Below are positions 22,436 through 36,300 of a DNA stretch of 64,000 bases, one piece after another. Position numbers and translations under genes: made by a program. The notes under the pieces are model-generated. The model did no database searches. It had not been told where the DNA came from and worked only from the letters and a program-made list of their open reading frames with translations. The stretch spans positions 75,828,001-75,892,000 of the forward strand of contig OZ076409.1 of NCBI GenBank assembly GCA_964187785.1. Reading direction: 5' to 3'. This stretch comes from Amphiscolops sp. MND2022. Lineage: Eukaryota. The stretch's first letter is position 1; each line of letters begins with the position of its first letter.

Positions 22436-22570
22436 GTTAGAAATATAAAAAATTTCCACTTTTACACTAACTGCCATGTTTGGACAAAAAATTTTTACAA
22501 TGAAATAATGCTGGCTAATACTTTATAAGCATAAATATATAACTTTCAAATTCAACTAAATTGTTTGCAG

Positions 22571-22710
22571 AAGCATACAAACTTCTCCAATACGTGTTGC
22601 CGCAGCAACCAACCCCGGAGTTAGCTGGAGTTAGCGACAATAATCAAAACGCTACAACATCATCAGATACTACATCAGCAAATGAATCCACTGGGACTGG
22701 CAGTGGTTGA
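22571..22710 (+). CDS. ORF2 predicted exon 2 (low-complexity S/T/N-rich tail)
   Basis: An AT-rich 135 nt intron (22436-22570) ends TTGTTTGCAG. A phase-1 join gives an open frame EAYKLLQYVLPQQPTPELAGVSDNNQNATTSSDTTSANESTGTGSG-stop (TGA ends at 22710). Confidence 0.6.
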
Positions 22711-23259
22711 AAACTTTACAATTAATCAACAAATGACAGAGCTGCATCAGTACATATGTTTGTCGTAGAGTTACTTATTCACTTCCAATCAAAAAATCAA
22801 CGTTTATTTGCTGATATCAAATTGAACTAAATATAAAAACTGATTGAAAATAAGTTTGCTGAAATGATAATGTTATGTTGATTTAGTACACTTGTCTTGC
22901 CAAAAGTCGTGTTAGTTGATGTTAATGGTCTCTTGCTTAATTTGTCTCATCGTATTATATAGACTGTGACATTATTTTGGTTTTTTTGAACGTCTTGCAA
23001 TTAATATTTCTGTTCATTTAACGTTTTTTCTAAGAATTTCTTCAATAATCAAAAATCCTCAATTTAGCATTGATTAGAAAAGGTTAGTGAGTCGAAAAAG
23101 TAAGCAGTTATTAGTTTTCGCAAGTGAATTTAAAAGCCTTCAGTAATCTTTTTGCGTATTATCATATCAATCTTTGAGACTTATCAAACTTTTTAAAAGT
23201 TAACCTGATAAGATTGTCTTTTTCTGAAACTGACTCACACATACCGACACGACGCCCAC

Positions 23260-23337
23260 CGTCCGTAGGCATGCCGAGGCATGCCTTTCGACGACGTATG
23301 CCAAACACCTTAAAACCGACGCGCACTCTTTCGCTAG
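23260..23337 (+). other. 3' terminal hairpin and CTAG end of element 1
   Basis: CGTC-CGT-AGGCATGCC-GA-GGCATGCCT-TTC-GACG followed by CTAG at 23334-23337. A GC-rich hairpin before CTRR is the established Helitron 3' signature, although the spacing here (~40 nt) is longer than usual. Confidence 0.75.
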
Positions 23338-24396
23338 GTGGTCGGGTGTTTTACCTTTACAGAGTAGTGCGAGGCCGGGTAGGGTCCCGTGACGAGCTTG
23401 AAGAATAGCCTGCTAAAAATATACATGTTGGGGGGGGGTCTACGGAGACGATCTCGAAAATGAACCGTTAGAATTTATTCAAACTTTGCATGCGGACATA
23501 GAATCAAAATGTAAGAACTTTTTCCTGCTGGCACTTTTCGCTCCATACCCTGTGACGGAAGTTATGAGCAAATGTATGTCGAAATCACCCATTTTTCGCA
23601 TCTTTTCAGTCGCTGCTCCTCAGCCATTGGAGCCAATAGGCCGAAACTTTTTGTGTGAGGTACAAATGAAGTGGGCTACAGGATGGCCAAAAATTTTTGG
23701 CCAGGTCCTAATACAACGGGAGATATGATAGAAAATATACACCAAAAAAGGTGATTTTTTGACACTTTTTATCATGACTTCCGAAGTGCCCAATGGAATA
23801 GGTAGTGCCTATGGATAAAAATGAATGGTTTTATGTTTAATCGAAAGAGGAAAAAATTTTGTTTTTTTTGGCCAAAAAAAAAGTTCTACAAAAGTTCTAC
23901 AAAAATTCGAAAAATTTAGAATTTTTCCAAAAAAAAGGTTTTTTCGTCTTTTTTGATGTTTTTTCACATTTTGAGGTCAAAAATGAGGTACCCGAGCACT
24001 TACGCTGACTTTTTAGGGGAATTTGACACATTAAATTTTTATTTTTGGTTAGTGATTACACTTTTAAAGTTTTAATCCCAAATTACTGCAATCTTTTCTC
24101 AGTTGTTGGAATTCTATGTTTTTTGTTAAATGACATGTAGAAAGATCGCCGATGTTCCGGGAGAACGCGAAGCGTTTCGGAGGAAGATTGGCGACAAACG
24201 ATAAAAGTCTGTGCAACTTATGTGCTTCCAATGAGGTGCTTGGTAGAATTATCAAGATGAAAAAATAACTTTTTTGAGGTAGTTTGTTGTGAAATGAAAA
24301 CGATTAAAGTTTACAATTTTAAGTTGCACCAACTTCAGTTTCAATCAAGTATTGTCTGAATAGGCCTTACTGGTAGTTGGTACCTGCCTCCACTGG
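23338..24396 (+). mobile_element. Divergent non-autonomous unit (1059 bp) ending in CTGG without the terminal hairpin
   Basis: Head GTGGTCGGG resembles the 7146 unit. The interior is unrelated to standard units. It ends CCACTGG and is joined directly to a standard head GTGCCGGGATTTC. Confidence 0.55.
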
Positions 24397-27300
24397 GTGC
24401 CGGGATTTCTATTCGATAAAGTATGTGGCGCGTGTGGGTAGGGTCCCTGGCGCGCTCTTGGGTATGGTGTTCACCAGCTAGGAAATAGGGGTCGATTTTT
24501 CGGGATCTCCTAAACTAGCCACACGATTTGGCTGAAATTTGGCACACGTACTCCCCTCGGCATGGTGAAGATGATTTCCTACTGACGTTTTTCCCGCAAA
24601 ATTTTTTTTGTTGTCCAAAATAACGGTTTTTGGGGTAAAATTTTGAATTTTTTTTAAATTTTATCTTATATCTCGCCACGGGTTTACGCTAGCGCTTCAA
24701 AACCCTGCTAAAGAAAGCTTGCAAACTGTCTCAGGATTGCTGTGTGAAATTTTCAGCTCAATCGGACTCAAACTCGGGGAGATATAGCGTTTTTCCGGAG
24801 CGGGGGGGTTTCATTTTTCTAACGGTCCAGCTTATCTTTGCCATTTTTTCGAAAATACACTCGCCTAAAGGCCTCCCCTGGCCGGTTTTATTCCCAGCAA
24901 AACCATTTGGCCCTAAATACGGAGTTTCAGCGTTCCAGCATTCCCGGGCGAAAAGTTGTGGGACTTAGAAAATTTCAAAAATTTTCAAAAATTTTTTTTT
25001 CCGTTATTTGGGCCCCCAAAGTGGGGGAAAAGACCCCCCAACTAGTAAAGCAAGTGAATGCATGTGCAAAGCCCTTGTTTAGAGGAGAAAAATGCCGTTT
25101 AGAACGTCTTTTTATCTTGGCTCAACGTTGACTTATGACGTTTTGAAGGTGATGTTTGGAGGTGTAAAGCACGTGAAAAGTAAACGTTATGAGTATTTAT
25201 CTGATCTGAAAGCCATTGAGATGCAACCTGTTTTGCTCAAAACGTAATTCATATCAGTTTGGTAGTCAATCAACACCCTTTGTTGTCGTTTGACATACTT
25301 TTTTGTTGTTATAATAAAAAATTTTGTGTATTTATTCATTTTTTTCTCATCAAATAACTTGAAACAGTTGAGTACATTCCATCCCCCCTTCACGGGGGAG
25401 ATGAGAATGTACTCGCAAAAAGCCCCGAACTACGGCCCTTACCTTCCCGAGCTACGCAGTATAAGGATTACATATTGGTTCCGACATTTTCATAGAGTTA
25501 AATCTTGGTAATCTGTCTGGATATGCAGAAAAACCAGCACGTGCTTTCTTATACCAAGTTGCTTACAACGACAATTATTTTATATCAACGCCCCCATATT
25601 TATCAACGCCCCCCGTCCGTGGGCATGCCGAGGCATGCCCTTCGACGACGTATACCAAGATATGTTCGAGCGCGTTAGCCTAGGTGCCGGGATTACTATT
25701 CGTTCGAGTATGTGGCGCGTGTGGGTAGGGCCCCTGGCGCGCTCTTTTATTTCGGGTACACCTACTCCAAATTCACGATGTGATTTCGACGATCTCGTAA
25801 ACTAGCCACACGATTTGGCTGAAATTTGGCACACGTACCCCCCTCGGCACGGTGAAGATGATTCCCTACTGACGTTTTGCCCGCTAAACATTTTTTGTTG
25901 ACCAAAATAACGGTTTTTGGGGGAAAATTTTGAACTTTTTTTAAATTTCGTCTTATATCTCGCCACGGGTTTACGCTAGCGCTTCAAAACCTTGCTAACG
26001 AAAGTTTGCAAACTGTCTCAGGAATGCGGTGTGAAAATTTCAGCCCAATCGGACTTAAACTCGAGGAGATATAGCGTTTTTCCGGAGCGGGGGGGTTTCA
26101 TTTTTCTAACGGTCCAGCTTATCTTTGCCATTTTTTCGAAAATGCACTCGCCTAAAGGCCTCCCCTGGCCGGTTTTATTCCCAGCAAAACCATTTGGCCC
26201 TAAATACGGAGTTTCAGCGTTCCAGCATTCCCGGGCGAAAAGTTGTGGGACTTAGAAAATTTCAAAAATTTTCAAAAAAATTTTTTCCGTTATTTGGGCC
26301 CCCAAAGTGGGGCAAAAGACCCCCCAACCAGTAAAGCAAGTGAATGCATGTGGAAAGCCCTTGTTTAGACGAGAAAAATGGCGTTTAGAACGTTTTTTTA
26401 TCGTAACTTGACATTGACTTTTGTCGTTTTGAAGGTGACCGTTAGATACGGAAAATTGATGTTTTGAGTGTTTATCCCATCTGAAAGCCATTGAGATACA
26501 ACATGTTTTGCTCAAAACGTGTTTCATTGGAGTTTCGCTGTCCATTAACACCCTTTGGTGTCTTTTGACGTAATTTTCGTTTCTATAATAACAATTTCTT
26601 TGTGTATTTATTCATTTTTTTCTCATCAAATAACTTGAAACAGTTGAGTACATTCCATCTCCCTTCCCGGGGGAGATGAGAATGTACTCGCTAAAGGTCA
26701 GGAACTACGGTCTATATCTTCCACAACACAAAAGAGATTGCAAATTGTTTCAGTTTGTCGCAGAAAACTTCTTTTTGCACTCTGTGACTCGACAAAGTGA
26801 ACGTTTCTTACTTACTTTGAATCTCACCATACCACAACTCATCTCTAACGTCAACGCCCCCCACACACATCAACGCCCCCCGTCCGTGGGCATGCCGAGG
26901 CATGCCCTTCGACGACGTATAGCAAAATATATTCGAACGCGGTAGCAGCTAGGTGCCGGGATTTTCTATTCGTTCGAGGAAGTGGCGCGTGTGGGTAGGG
27001 CCCCTGGCGCGCTCCTGTGTTTTCGGTTTTCCTACTCCAAATTCACACCCCAGTTATCTCCGATCTCGTAAACTAGCCATACGATTTGGCTGAAATTTGG
27101 CACACGTACCCCCCTCGGCACGGTGAAGATGATTCCCTACTGACGTTTTGCCCGCTAAACATTTTTTGTTGACCAAAATAACGGTTTTTGGTGGAAAATT
27201 TTTGATTTTTTTTAAATTTCATCTTATATCTCGCCACGGGTTTACGCTAGCGCTTCAAAACCTTGCTGACGAAAGTTTGCAAACTGTCTCAGGAAAACGG

Positions 27301-30300
27301 TGTGAAATTTTCAGCTCAATCGGACTCAAACTCGGGGAGATATAGCGTTTTTCCGGAGCGGGGGGGTTTCATTTTTCTAACGGTCCAGCTTATCTTTGCC
27401 ATTTTTTCGAAAATGCACTCGCCTAAAGGCCTCCCCTGGCCGGTTTTATTCCCAGCAAAACCATTTGGCCCTAAATACGGAGTTTCAGCGTTCCAGCATT
27501 CCCGGGCGAAAAGTTGTGGGACTTAGAAAAGTTCAAAAATTTTCAAAAAAATTTTTTCCGTTATTTAGGCCCCCAAAGTGGGGGAAAAGACCCCCCAACC
27601 AGTAAAGCAAGTGAATGCATGTGCAAAGCCCTTGTTTAGAGGAGAAAAATGCCGTTTAGAACGTCTTTTTATCTTGGCTCAACGTTGACTTATGACGTTT
27701 TGAAGGTGATGATTGGAGGTGTAAAGCACGTGAATAGTAAACGTTATGAGTATACATCTGATCTGAAAGCCATTGAGATGCAATATGGTTTGCTCAAAAC
27801 GTAATTCATGGCAGTTTGGCAATCAATCAACACCCTTTGTTGTCGTTTGACATACTTTTTTGTTGTTATAATAAAAAATTTTGTGTATTTATTCATTTTT
27901 TTCACATCAAATAACTTGAAACAGTTGAGTACATTCCATCCCCCCCTTCCGGGGGAGATGAGAATGTACTCGCAAAAAGCACCGAACTACGGCCCTTACC
28001 TTCCCGAGCTACGCAGTATAAGGATTACATATTGGTTCCGACATTTTCATAGAGTTAAATCTTGGTAATCTGTCTGGATATGCAGAAAAACCAGCACGTG
28101 CTTTTTTATACCAAGTTGCTTACAACGACAATTATTTTATATCAACGCCCCCATATTTATCAACGCCCCCCGTCCGTGGGCATGCCGAGGCATGCCCTTC
28201 GACGACGTATACCAAAATATGTTCGAGCGCGTTAGCCTAGGTGCCGGGATTTCTATTCGATAAAGTATGTGGCGCGCCTTGGGTAGGGTCCCTTGCGCGC
28301 TCTTGGGTATGGTGTTCACCAGCTAGGAAACAGGGGTCGATTTTTCGGGATCTCCTAAACTAGCCACACGATTTGGCTGAAATTTGGCACACGTACCCCC
28401 CTCGGCACGGTGAAGATGATTTCCTACTAACGTTTTTCCCGCAAAATTTTTTTTGTTGTCCAAAATAACGGTTTTTGGGGGAAAATTTTGAACTTTTTTT
28501 AAATTTCATCTCATATCTCGCCACGGGTTTACGCTAGCGCTTCGAAACCCTGCTAAAGAAAGCTTGCAAACTGTCTCAGGAATGCTGTGCGAAAATTTCA
28601 GTTCAATCGGACTTAAACTCGGGGAGATATAGCGTTTTTCCGGAGCGGGGGGGTTTCATTTTTCTAACGGTCCAGCTTATCTTTGCCATTTTTTCGAAAA
28701 TGCACTCGCCTAAAGGCCTCCCCTGGCCGGTTTTATTCCCAGCAAAACCATTTGGCCCTAAATACGGAGTTTCAGCGTTCCAGCATTCCCGGGCGAAAAG
28801 TTGTGGGACTTAGAAAATTTCAAAAATTTTCATAAAATTTTTTTCCGTTATTTGGGCCCCCAAAGTGGGGGAAAAGACCCCCCAACCAGTAAAGCAAGTG
28901 AATGCATGTGCAAAGCCCTTGTTTAGAGGAGAAAAATGCCGTTTAGAACGTCTTTTTATCTTGGCTCAACGTTGACTTATGACGTTTTGAAGGTGATGTT
29001 TGGAGGTGTAAAGCACGTGAATAGTAAACGTTATGAGTATTTATCTGATCTGAAAGCCATTGAGATGCAATATGGTTTGCTCAAAACGTAATTCATGGCA
29101 GTTTGGCAATCAATCGACACCCTTTGTTGTCGTTTGACATACTTTTTTGTTGTTATAATAAAAAATTTTGTGTATTTATTCATTTTTTTCTCATCAAATA
29201 ACTTGAAACAGTTGAGTACATTCCATCCCCCCTTCCGGGGGAGATGAGAATGTACTCGCAAAAAGCACCGAACTACGGCCCTTACCTTCCCGAGCTACGC
29301 AGTATAAGGATTACATATTGGTTCCGACATTTTCATAGAGTTATATCTTGGTAATCTGTCTGGATATGCAGAAAAACCAGCACGTGCCTTTTAATACCAA
29401 GTTGCTTACAACGACAATTATTTTTTATCAACGCCCCCATATTTATCAACGCCCCCCGTCCGTGGGCATGCCGAGGCATGCCCTTCGACGACGTATACCA
29501 AGATATGTTCGAGCGCGGTAGCAGCTAGGTGCCCGGATTTCTATTCATTAAAGTATGTTGCGCGTGTGGGTAGGGCCCCGTGGCGCGCTCTTGTGTCCCT
29601 GTTCTCATAACTGCAATTTCCGGCAGCATTCTGAGCGATTTTCTAAACTATCCATACGATTCGGCTGAAATTTGGCATGTGAGTTCCTATGACAGTTCTA
29701 AGAAACATTTCCTACTGGCGTTTTGCCCGGAAAATTTTTTTTGTTGACTTATAACGGTTTTTTTGGCCAAAAAATGCAATTTTTTCAAAAAAAATTTTTT
29801 TCGGAGCCCATATCTTTTTTCAGGGTGCCCGGAGCGGGACGCGTTAAACTGATTATAAACTCTACGGTTCATGGGCTTTACGGAGAACCTAGGCTCGTTT
29901 CGATCGGACAAATAGTCTTTGAGATATAACGGCATTTTTTGGGAATTTTTTGGAAATTTTTCTAACGGTCCAGCTTATCTTTGCCATTTTTTCGAAAATG
30001 TACTCGCCTAAAGGCCTCCCCTGGCCGGTTTTAATCCCAGCAAAACCATTTGGCCCTAAATACGGAGTTTCAGCGTTCCAGCATTCCCGGGCGAAAAGTT
30101 GTGGGACTTAGAAAAATTTCAAAATTTTTCAAAAAAATTTTTTCCGTTTTCCGCCCTCCCCCCCGAGGGGAAAAGACCCCCCAACCAGTAATTTGAGTGA
30201 ATTCATGTGGAAAGGGCATGTTTAGAGGAGAAAAATCCCGTTTAAATCGTCTTTTTATTTTATTCTGTCGTTGACTTATGTTGTTTTGAAGTTGATGTTT

Positions 30301-33300
30301 GGATGTGTGAAGCATGTGAAAAGGTAATTTATTGTGTCTTTAGCTCTTCTAAAAGTCATTGAGATACACGGTGTGTGACTCAGAACGTGTTTAATTCTAA
30401 TTTAGCAATGCATCAACACTTTTTTGTGTCTTTTGACTCTGTTTTAAAAAATTTTTCCGACTAAAATCAAAAATTATTTATAATTATTCACATTTTTTTT
30501 CTGATCTCATGACTCGAAACAGTTGAGTACATTCCATCTCCCTTCACGGGGGAGATGAGAATGTACTCTTTAGAGACCAGGTACTACAGTACATACCTTC
30601 CCCGAGCAACGCCCCATAAAAATTGCGTTTTGATCCAGATATTTTGACATAATTTTATCTTTGTAATTTGACTGGAAATGAAGAAAATGCCGCACGTGCT
30701 CTTTTATATCAAGTATCTTAACAACGCCATCTCTTTCACGTCAACGCCCCATAGTTCACATCAACGCCCACCGTCTGTGGGCATGCCGAGGCATGCCCTT
30801 CGACGACGTATACCAAGATATACTCCCGAGCGCGGTAGCCGCTAGGTGCCGGGATTTCCATTCGATAAGGAATTCTGCGCGTGTGGGTAGGGCCCCTGGC
30901 GCGCTCCTGTGTTTTCGGTTTTCCTACTCCTAAATAGGCCCCCTGAATTCCGGGATCTCCTAAACTATCCATACGATTTGGCTGAAATTTGGCACACAGC
31001 CCCCTTGGAACATTGTAAGAACAAATCCCTACTGACGTTTTGCCCGCTAAACATTTTTTGTTGGTCAAAAATGCAATTTTCCGACAAAATTTTTGACTTT
31101 TTTTCACGTTTTAGTCTATATCTCGTCCCAGGGTTACGCTAGCGGCCCAAAACCTCAGTCGGAAAAGTTTGCAAACTTTCTCAGGAATACGGTGTGAAAT
31201 TTTCAGGTCAATCGGACTTAAACTCAGCGACTTAGAGCGTTTTTTAGGGGCATTTTTTGACATTTTTTGCGTTTGCCGATTTATCTCTGCCGTTTTTTGC
31301 CCAGATTTTTTTTGAGACACTCTCCTAAAGACCTCCCCTGGCCGGTTTACCTCCCAGCAAAACCATTTGGCCCTAAATACGAAGTTTCAGCGTTCTAGCA
31401 TTCCTGGGCGAAAAGTTGTGGGACTTAGAAAATTTTTTTGGGTACGCAAAATGTGTAAAGTCAACTTCAGGCCTCCCAAAGTCAAGGAACTTCCACACAA
31501 CTAGTATTGCAAGTGAATGCATGTGGAAATTACTCGGATGGACGAGAAAAATGAGCTATAGAACGACTCTGTAGCTTAACCTGACGTTGACTTATGACAT
31601 TTTGAATGTGAGCTTGCTATGTGAGAAAAGATGCAAAACATGAAAATGGAAGCAAAGTCTCGTTGAAAACCCATCTGAACACGTTTAATCCATCCCAGAG
31701 AGCTTTATTCACAGTTGTCTAGTGCAGCAACACCATTCAAGGTCATTTGACTCATTTTTACAAGTCTTGAAATTGTTTTATCCATCCGAGAACACGAAAC
31801 AGTTGAGTACATTCCATCTCCCTTTCGGGGGAGATGAGAATGTACTCGCTAAAGTCTAGGCACCATAGCCCATATTTATTTTTTTGCGGCGCTTTTTATG
31901 CTAGTGCGCACACGTATTAACCTTTTAACTGATTTTACTTTTGTCAGTACTTTTACTTTGACTTGACATATACTGAACATTTTGTCCTTCTATCATACAC
32001 ATGACTAACGTCAACGCCCCATCCTTGCATCAACGCCCACCGTCCGTGGGCATGCCGAGGCATGCCCTTCGACGACGTATGCCAAAGATATTCCCGAGCG
32101 CGTTAGCCTAGGTGGCCGTGTCTTTTCGACGTGCTTTTGCATTGAGGAGTGGGTAGGGCCCCGCGACGACCTAGAAGAATTGGATGCTCACCGAAACGTG
32201 CAGAATTCTACGAGATCTCATAGTTTGAGCCATACGATTTTTCTGAAATTTGGCATGTGGCCTGGAATTGGTGAGTAGGTAAAACGTGTAGAAGGTGATT
32301 TTTCCCAAATTCCACTGTGAGACGAGATATGGGCAAATAACGGTCCCAAAAATGGCAAAAATGCACTTTTTTCAACTTTGTCAGCCAATATCTCATTTCC
32401 AGGTGCCCGGAGCGGGACGCGTTAAGCTGATTATAAACTCTAGGGTGTTGAGGCTGTACGGGGAAGTCAGGCCCGTTCCGATCGGACTTGTAGTCTTGGA
32501 GAAATAACGGTATTTTTGGGGAACCTTTTCTAACGGTCCAGCTTATCTTTGCCATTTTTTCGAAAATGTACTCGCCTAAAGGCCTCCCCCTGGCCGAATT
32601 TACTCCCAGCAAAACCATTTGGCCCTAAATACGGAGTTTCAGCGTTCCAGCATTCCCGGGCGAAAAGTTGTGGGACTTGGAAAATTTTCAAAAATTTTCA
32701 AAAAATTTTTTTTTTCGTTTTCCGGGCCCCCAATGAAGGGGAAACGACCCCCCAACCCTTATTTTGAGTGAATGCATGTGGAAAGGTCATGGTTAGAGGA
32801 GAAAAATACCGTTTAGATTGTCTTTCTATTTTAACTTGACATTGACTTATGACGTTTTGAATGTGATGTTAGGATGTGTGAGGCATGTGAAAAGTTGATG
32901 TTTTGAGTCTTTATCTCATATGAAAGCAATTGAGATGCACGCTGTCCTGCTCAAAACGTCTTTCGTTGTAGTTTTCCAGTGCACCAGAACCCTTTGGTGT
33001 CATTTGAACATACTTTTCTTCGGTTTATTAACATTTATAATGTGTTTATTCCAATTTTTATTATCTTATAGCTCAAAACAGTTGAGTACATTTCATCTCC
33101 CTTTCGGGGGAGATGAGAATGTACTCGCTAAAGACCTAGCGCCATGACCAAACTTTGAAGCGCACGTTTTGTATCTTCTTACAGACTTGTTTTTGTATTT
33201 TTTCGGATTTTTCTAAAAAATAATAATATACTTGAAATACATTACTTGACTTTACTACTACATTCCACCTCCAACGTCAACGCCCCCCTGCTTGCATCAA

Positions 33301-36300
33301 CGCCCACCGTCCGTGGGCATGCCGAGGCATGCCCTTCGACGACGTATGCCAAATGCCCAGTGCCACGCAGTCATTATCGCTAGGTGGCCGTGTCTTTTCG
33401 ACGTGCTTTTGCATCGAGGAGTGGGTAGGGCCCCGCGACGACCTAGAAGAATTGGATGCTCACCGAAACGTGCAGAATTCTACGAGATCTCATAGTTTGA
33501 GCCATACGATTTTTCTGAAATTTGGCATGTGGCCTGGAATTGGTGAGTAGGTAAAACGTGTAGGAGGTGATTTTTCCCAAATTCCACTGTGAGACGAGAT
33601 ATGGGCAAATAACGGTCCCAAAAATGGCAAAAATGCACTTTTTTCAACTTTGTCAGCCCATATCTCGTTCCCAGGTGCCCGGAGCGGGACGCGTTAAGCT
33701 GATTATAAACTCTAGGGTGTTGAGGCTGTACGGGGAAGTCAGGCCCGTTCCGATCGGACTTGTAGTCTTGGAGAAATAACGGTATTTTTGGGGAACCTTT
33801 TCTAACGGTCCAGCTTATCTTTGCCATTTTTTCGAAAATGTACTCGCCTAAAGGCCTCCCCCTGGCCGAATTTACTCCCAGCAAAACCATTTGGCCCTAA
33901 ATACGGAGTTTCAGCGTTCCAGCATTCCCGGGCGAAAAGTTGTGGGACTTGGAAAATTTTCAAAAATTTTCAAAAAAATTTTTTTTCGTATTCCGGGCCC
34001 CCAATGAAGGGGAAACGACCCCCCAACCAGTATTTTGAGTGAATTCATGTGGAAAGCCCTTGTTTTGACGAGAAAAATACCGTTTAGAACATCTTTTTAT
34101 CTTGACTCAACGTTGACTTATGACGTTTTGAATGTGATGTAAGGATGTAGGAGGCATGTGATAAGTTGATGTTTTGAGTCTTTATCTCATATGAAAGCGG
34201 TTGAGATGCAAGCTGTCCTGCTCAAAACGTCTTTCGTTGTAACTTTCCAGTGCACCAATACCCTTTGGTGTCATATAAACATACTTTTTGTCGATATATT
34301 AACAATTTTAATGTATTTATTCCAATTTTTATTATCTTATAACTCAAAACAGTTGAGTACATTTCATCTCCCTTTCGGGGGAGATGAGAATGTACTCGCT
34401 AAAGACCTAGCGCCATGACCAAAAATTTGAAACTCACGTTTTTTATCTTCTTACAGACTTGTTTTTGTATTTTTTCGGAATTTTTTAAAAATTAATATAC
34501 TTGAAATACATTACTTGACTTTACTACTACAACCCACCTCCAACGACAACGCCCCCCTGCTTGCATCAACGCCCACCGTCCGTGGGCATGCCGAGGCATG
34601 CCCTTCGACGACGTATGCCAAATGCCCAGTGCCACGCAGTCATTATCGCTAGGTGCCGGGATTTTCTATTCGACAAGTTTGCGCGCCTTGGGGAGGGTCC
34701 CTTTGCGCGCTTTAAGATCCAGGTGTTTCCAACTCCTAAACGGGCATGTGATTTCGACGATCTCCTAAACTAGCCATACGATTTGGCTGAAATTTGGCAC
34801 ACGTACCCCCCTCGGCACGGTGAAGATGATTCCCTACTGACGTTTTTCCCGCTAAACATTTTTTGTTGACCAAAATAACGGTTTTTGGGGTAAAATTTTG
34901 AACTTTTTTTAAATTTCATCTTATATCTCGCCACGGGTACACGCTAGCGCTTCCAAACCTTGCTGACGAAAGTTTGCAAACTGTCTCAGGAATGCTGTGT
35001 GAAATTTTCAGCTCAATCGGACTTAAACTCGAGGAGATATAGCGTTTTCCCGGAGCGGGGGGGTTTCAATTTTCTAACGGTCCAGCTTATCTTTGCCATT
35101 TTTTCGAAAATGCACTCGCCTAAAGGCCTCCCCTGGCCGGTTTTATTCCCAACAAAACCATTTGGCCCTAAATACGGAGTTTCAGCGTTCCAGCATTCCC
35201 GGGCGAAAAGTTGTGGGACTTAGAAAAGTTCAAAAATTTTCAAAAAAAATTTTTTCCGTTATTTGGGCCCTCAAAGTGGGGGAAAAGACCCCCCAACCAG
35301 TAAAGCAAGTGAATGCATGTGGAAAGCCCTTGTTTAGACGAGAAAAATGCCGTCTAGAACGTCTTTTTATCTTAACTTGACATTGACTTTTGTCGTTTTG
35401 AAGGTGACCGTTAGATACGGAAAATTGATGTTTTGAGTATTTATCCCATCTGAAAGCCATTGAGATACAACATGTTTTGCTCAAAACGTGTTTCATTGCA
35501 GTTTCGCTGTCCATTATCACCCTTTGGTGTCTTTTCACGTAATTTTCGTTTCTATAATAACAATTTTTTTGTGTATTTATTCATTTTATTCTCATCAAAT
35601 AACTTGAAACAGTTGAGTACATTCCATCTCCCTTCCCGGGGGAGATGAGAATGTACTCGCTAAAGGTCAGGAACTACGGTCTATATCTTCCACAACACAA
35701 ATGGGATTGCAAATGGTTTCAGTTTGTCGCAGAAAACTTCTTTTTGCCCTCTGTGACTCGACAAAATGAACGTTTCTTACTTACTTTGAAACTCAGCATA
35801 CCACAACTCATCTCTAACGTCAGCGCCCCCCTACTTGCATCAACGCCCACCGTCCGTGGGCATGCCGAGGCATGCCCTTCGACGACGTATACCAAGATAT
35901 ACCTGGAGCGCGGTAGCCGCTAGGTGCCGGGATTTCTATTCGTTCAAGTATGTGGCGCGTGTGGGTAGGGCCCCTGGCGCGCTCTTTTATTTCGGGTACA
36001 CCTACTCCAAATTCACGTTGTGATTTCGACGATCTCGTAAACTAGCCACACGATTTGGCTGAAATTTGGCACACGTACCCCCCTCGGCACGGTGAAGATG
36101 ATTCCCTACTGACGTTTTGCTCGCTAAACATTTTTTGTTGACCAAAATAACGGTTTTTGGGGTAAAATTTTCAACTTTTTTTAAATTTCATCTTATATCT
36201 CGCCACGGGTTCACGCTAGCGCTTCCAAACCTTGCTGACGAAAGTTTGCAAACTGTCTCAGGAATGCTGTGTGAAATTTTTAGCTCAATCGGACTTAAAC

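Larger units (their letters stand above)
11108..23337 (+). mobile_element. Autonomous-type Helitron-like rolling-circle element 1 (12.2 kb), a member of the array
   Basis: Bounded by the same CTAG-GTG junctions as the short units. 11108-~11990 matches the left part of the short units at 29529 and 47413. ~23250-23337 carries the terminal hairpin and CTAG. The interior encodes an intact Rep-helicase and ORF2. Confidence 0.85.

Noticed and set aside
11990..23250. Coding region as an independent transposon inserted into a satellite unit
   Set aside because: The rest of the interrupted unit, including the central hairpin, does not resume afterwards; only the ~90 bp end follows. No target duplication or terminal inverted repeats are visible.
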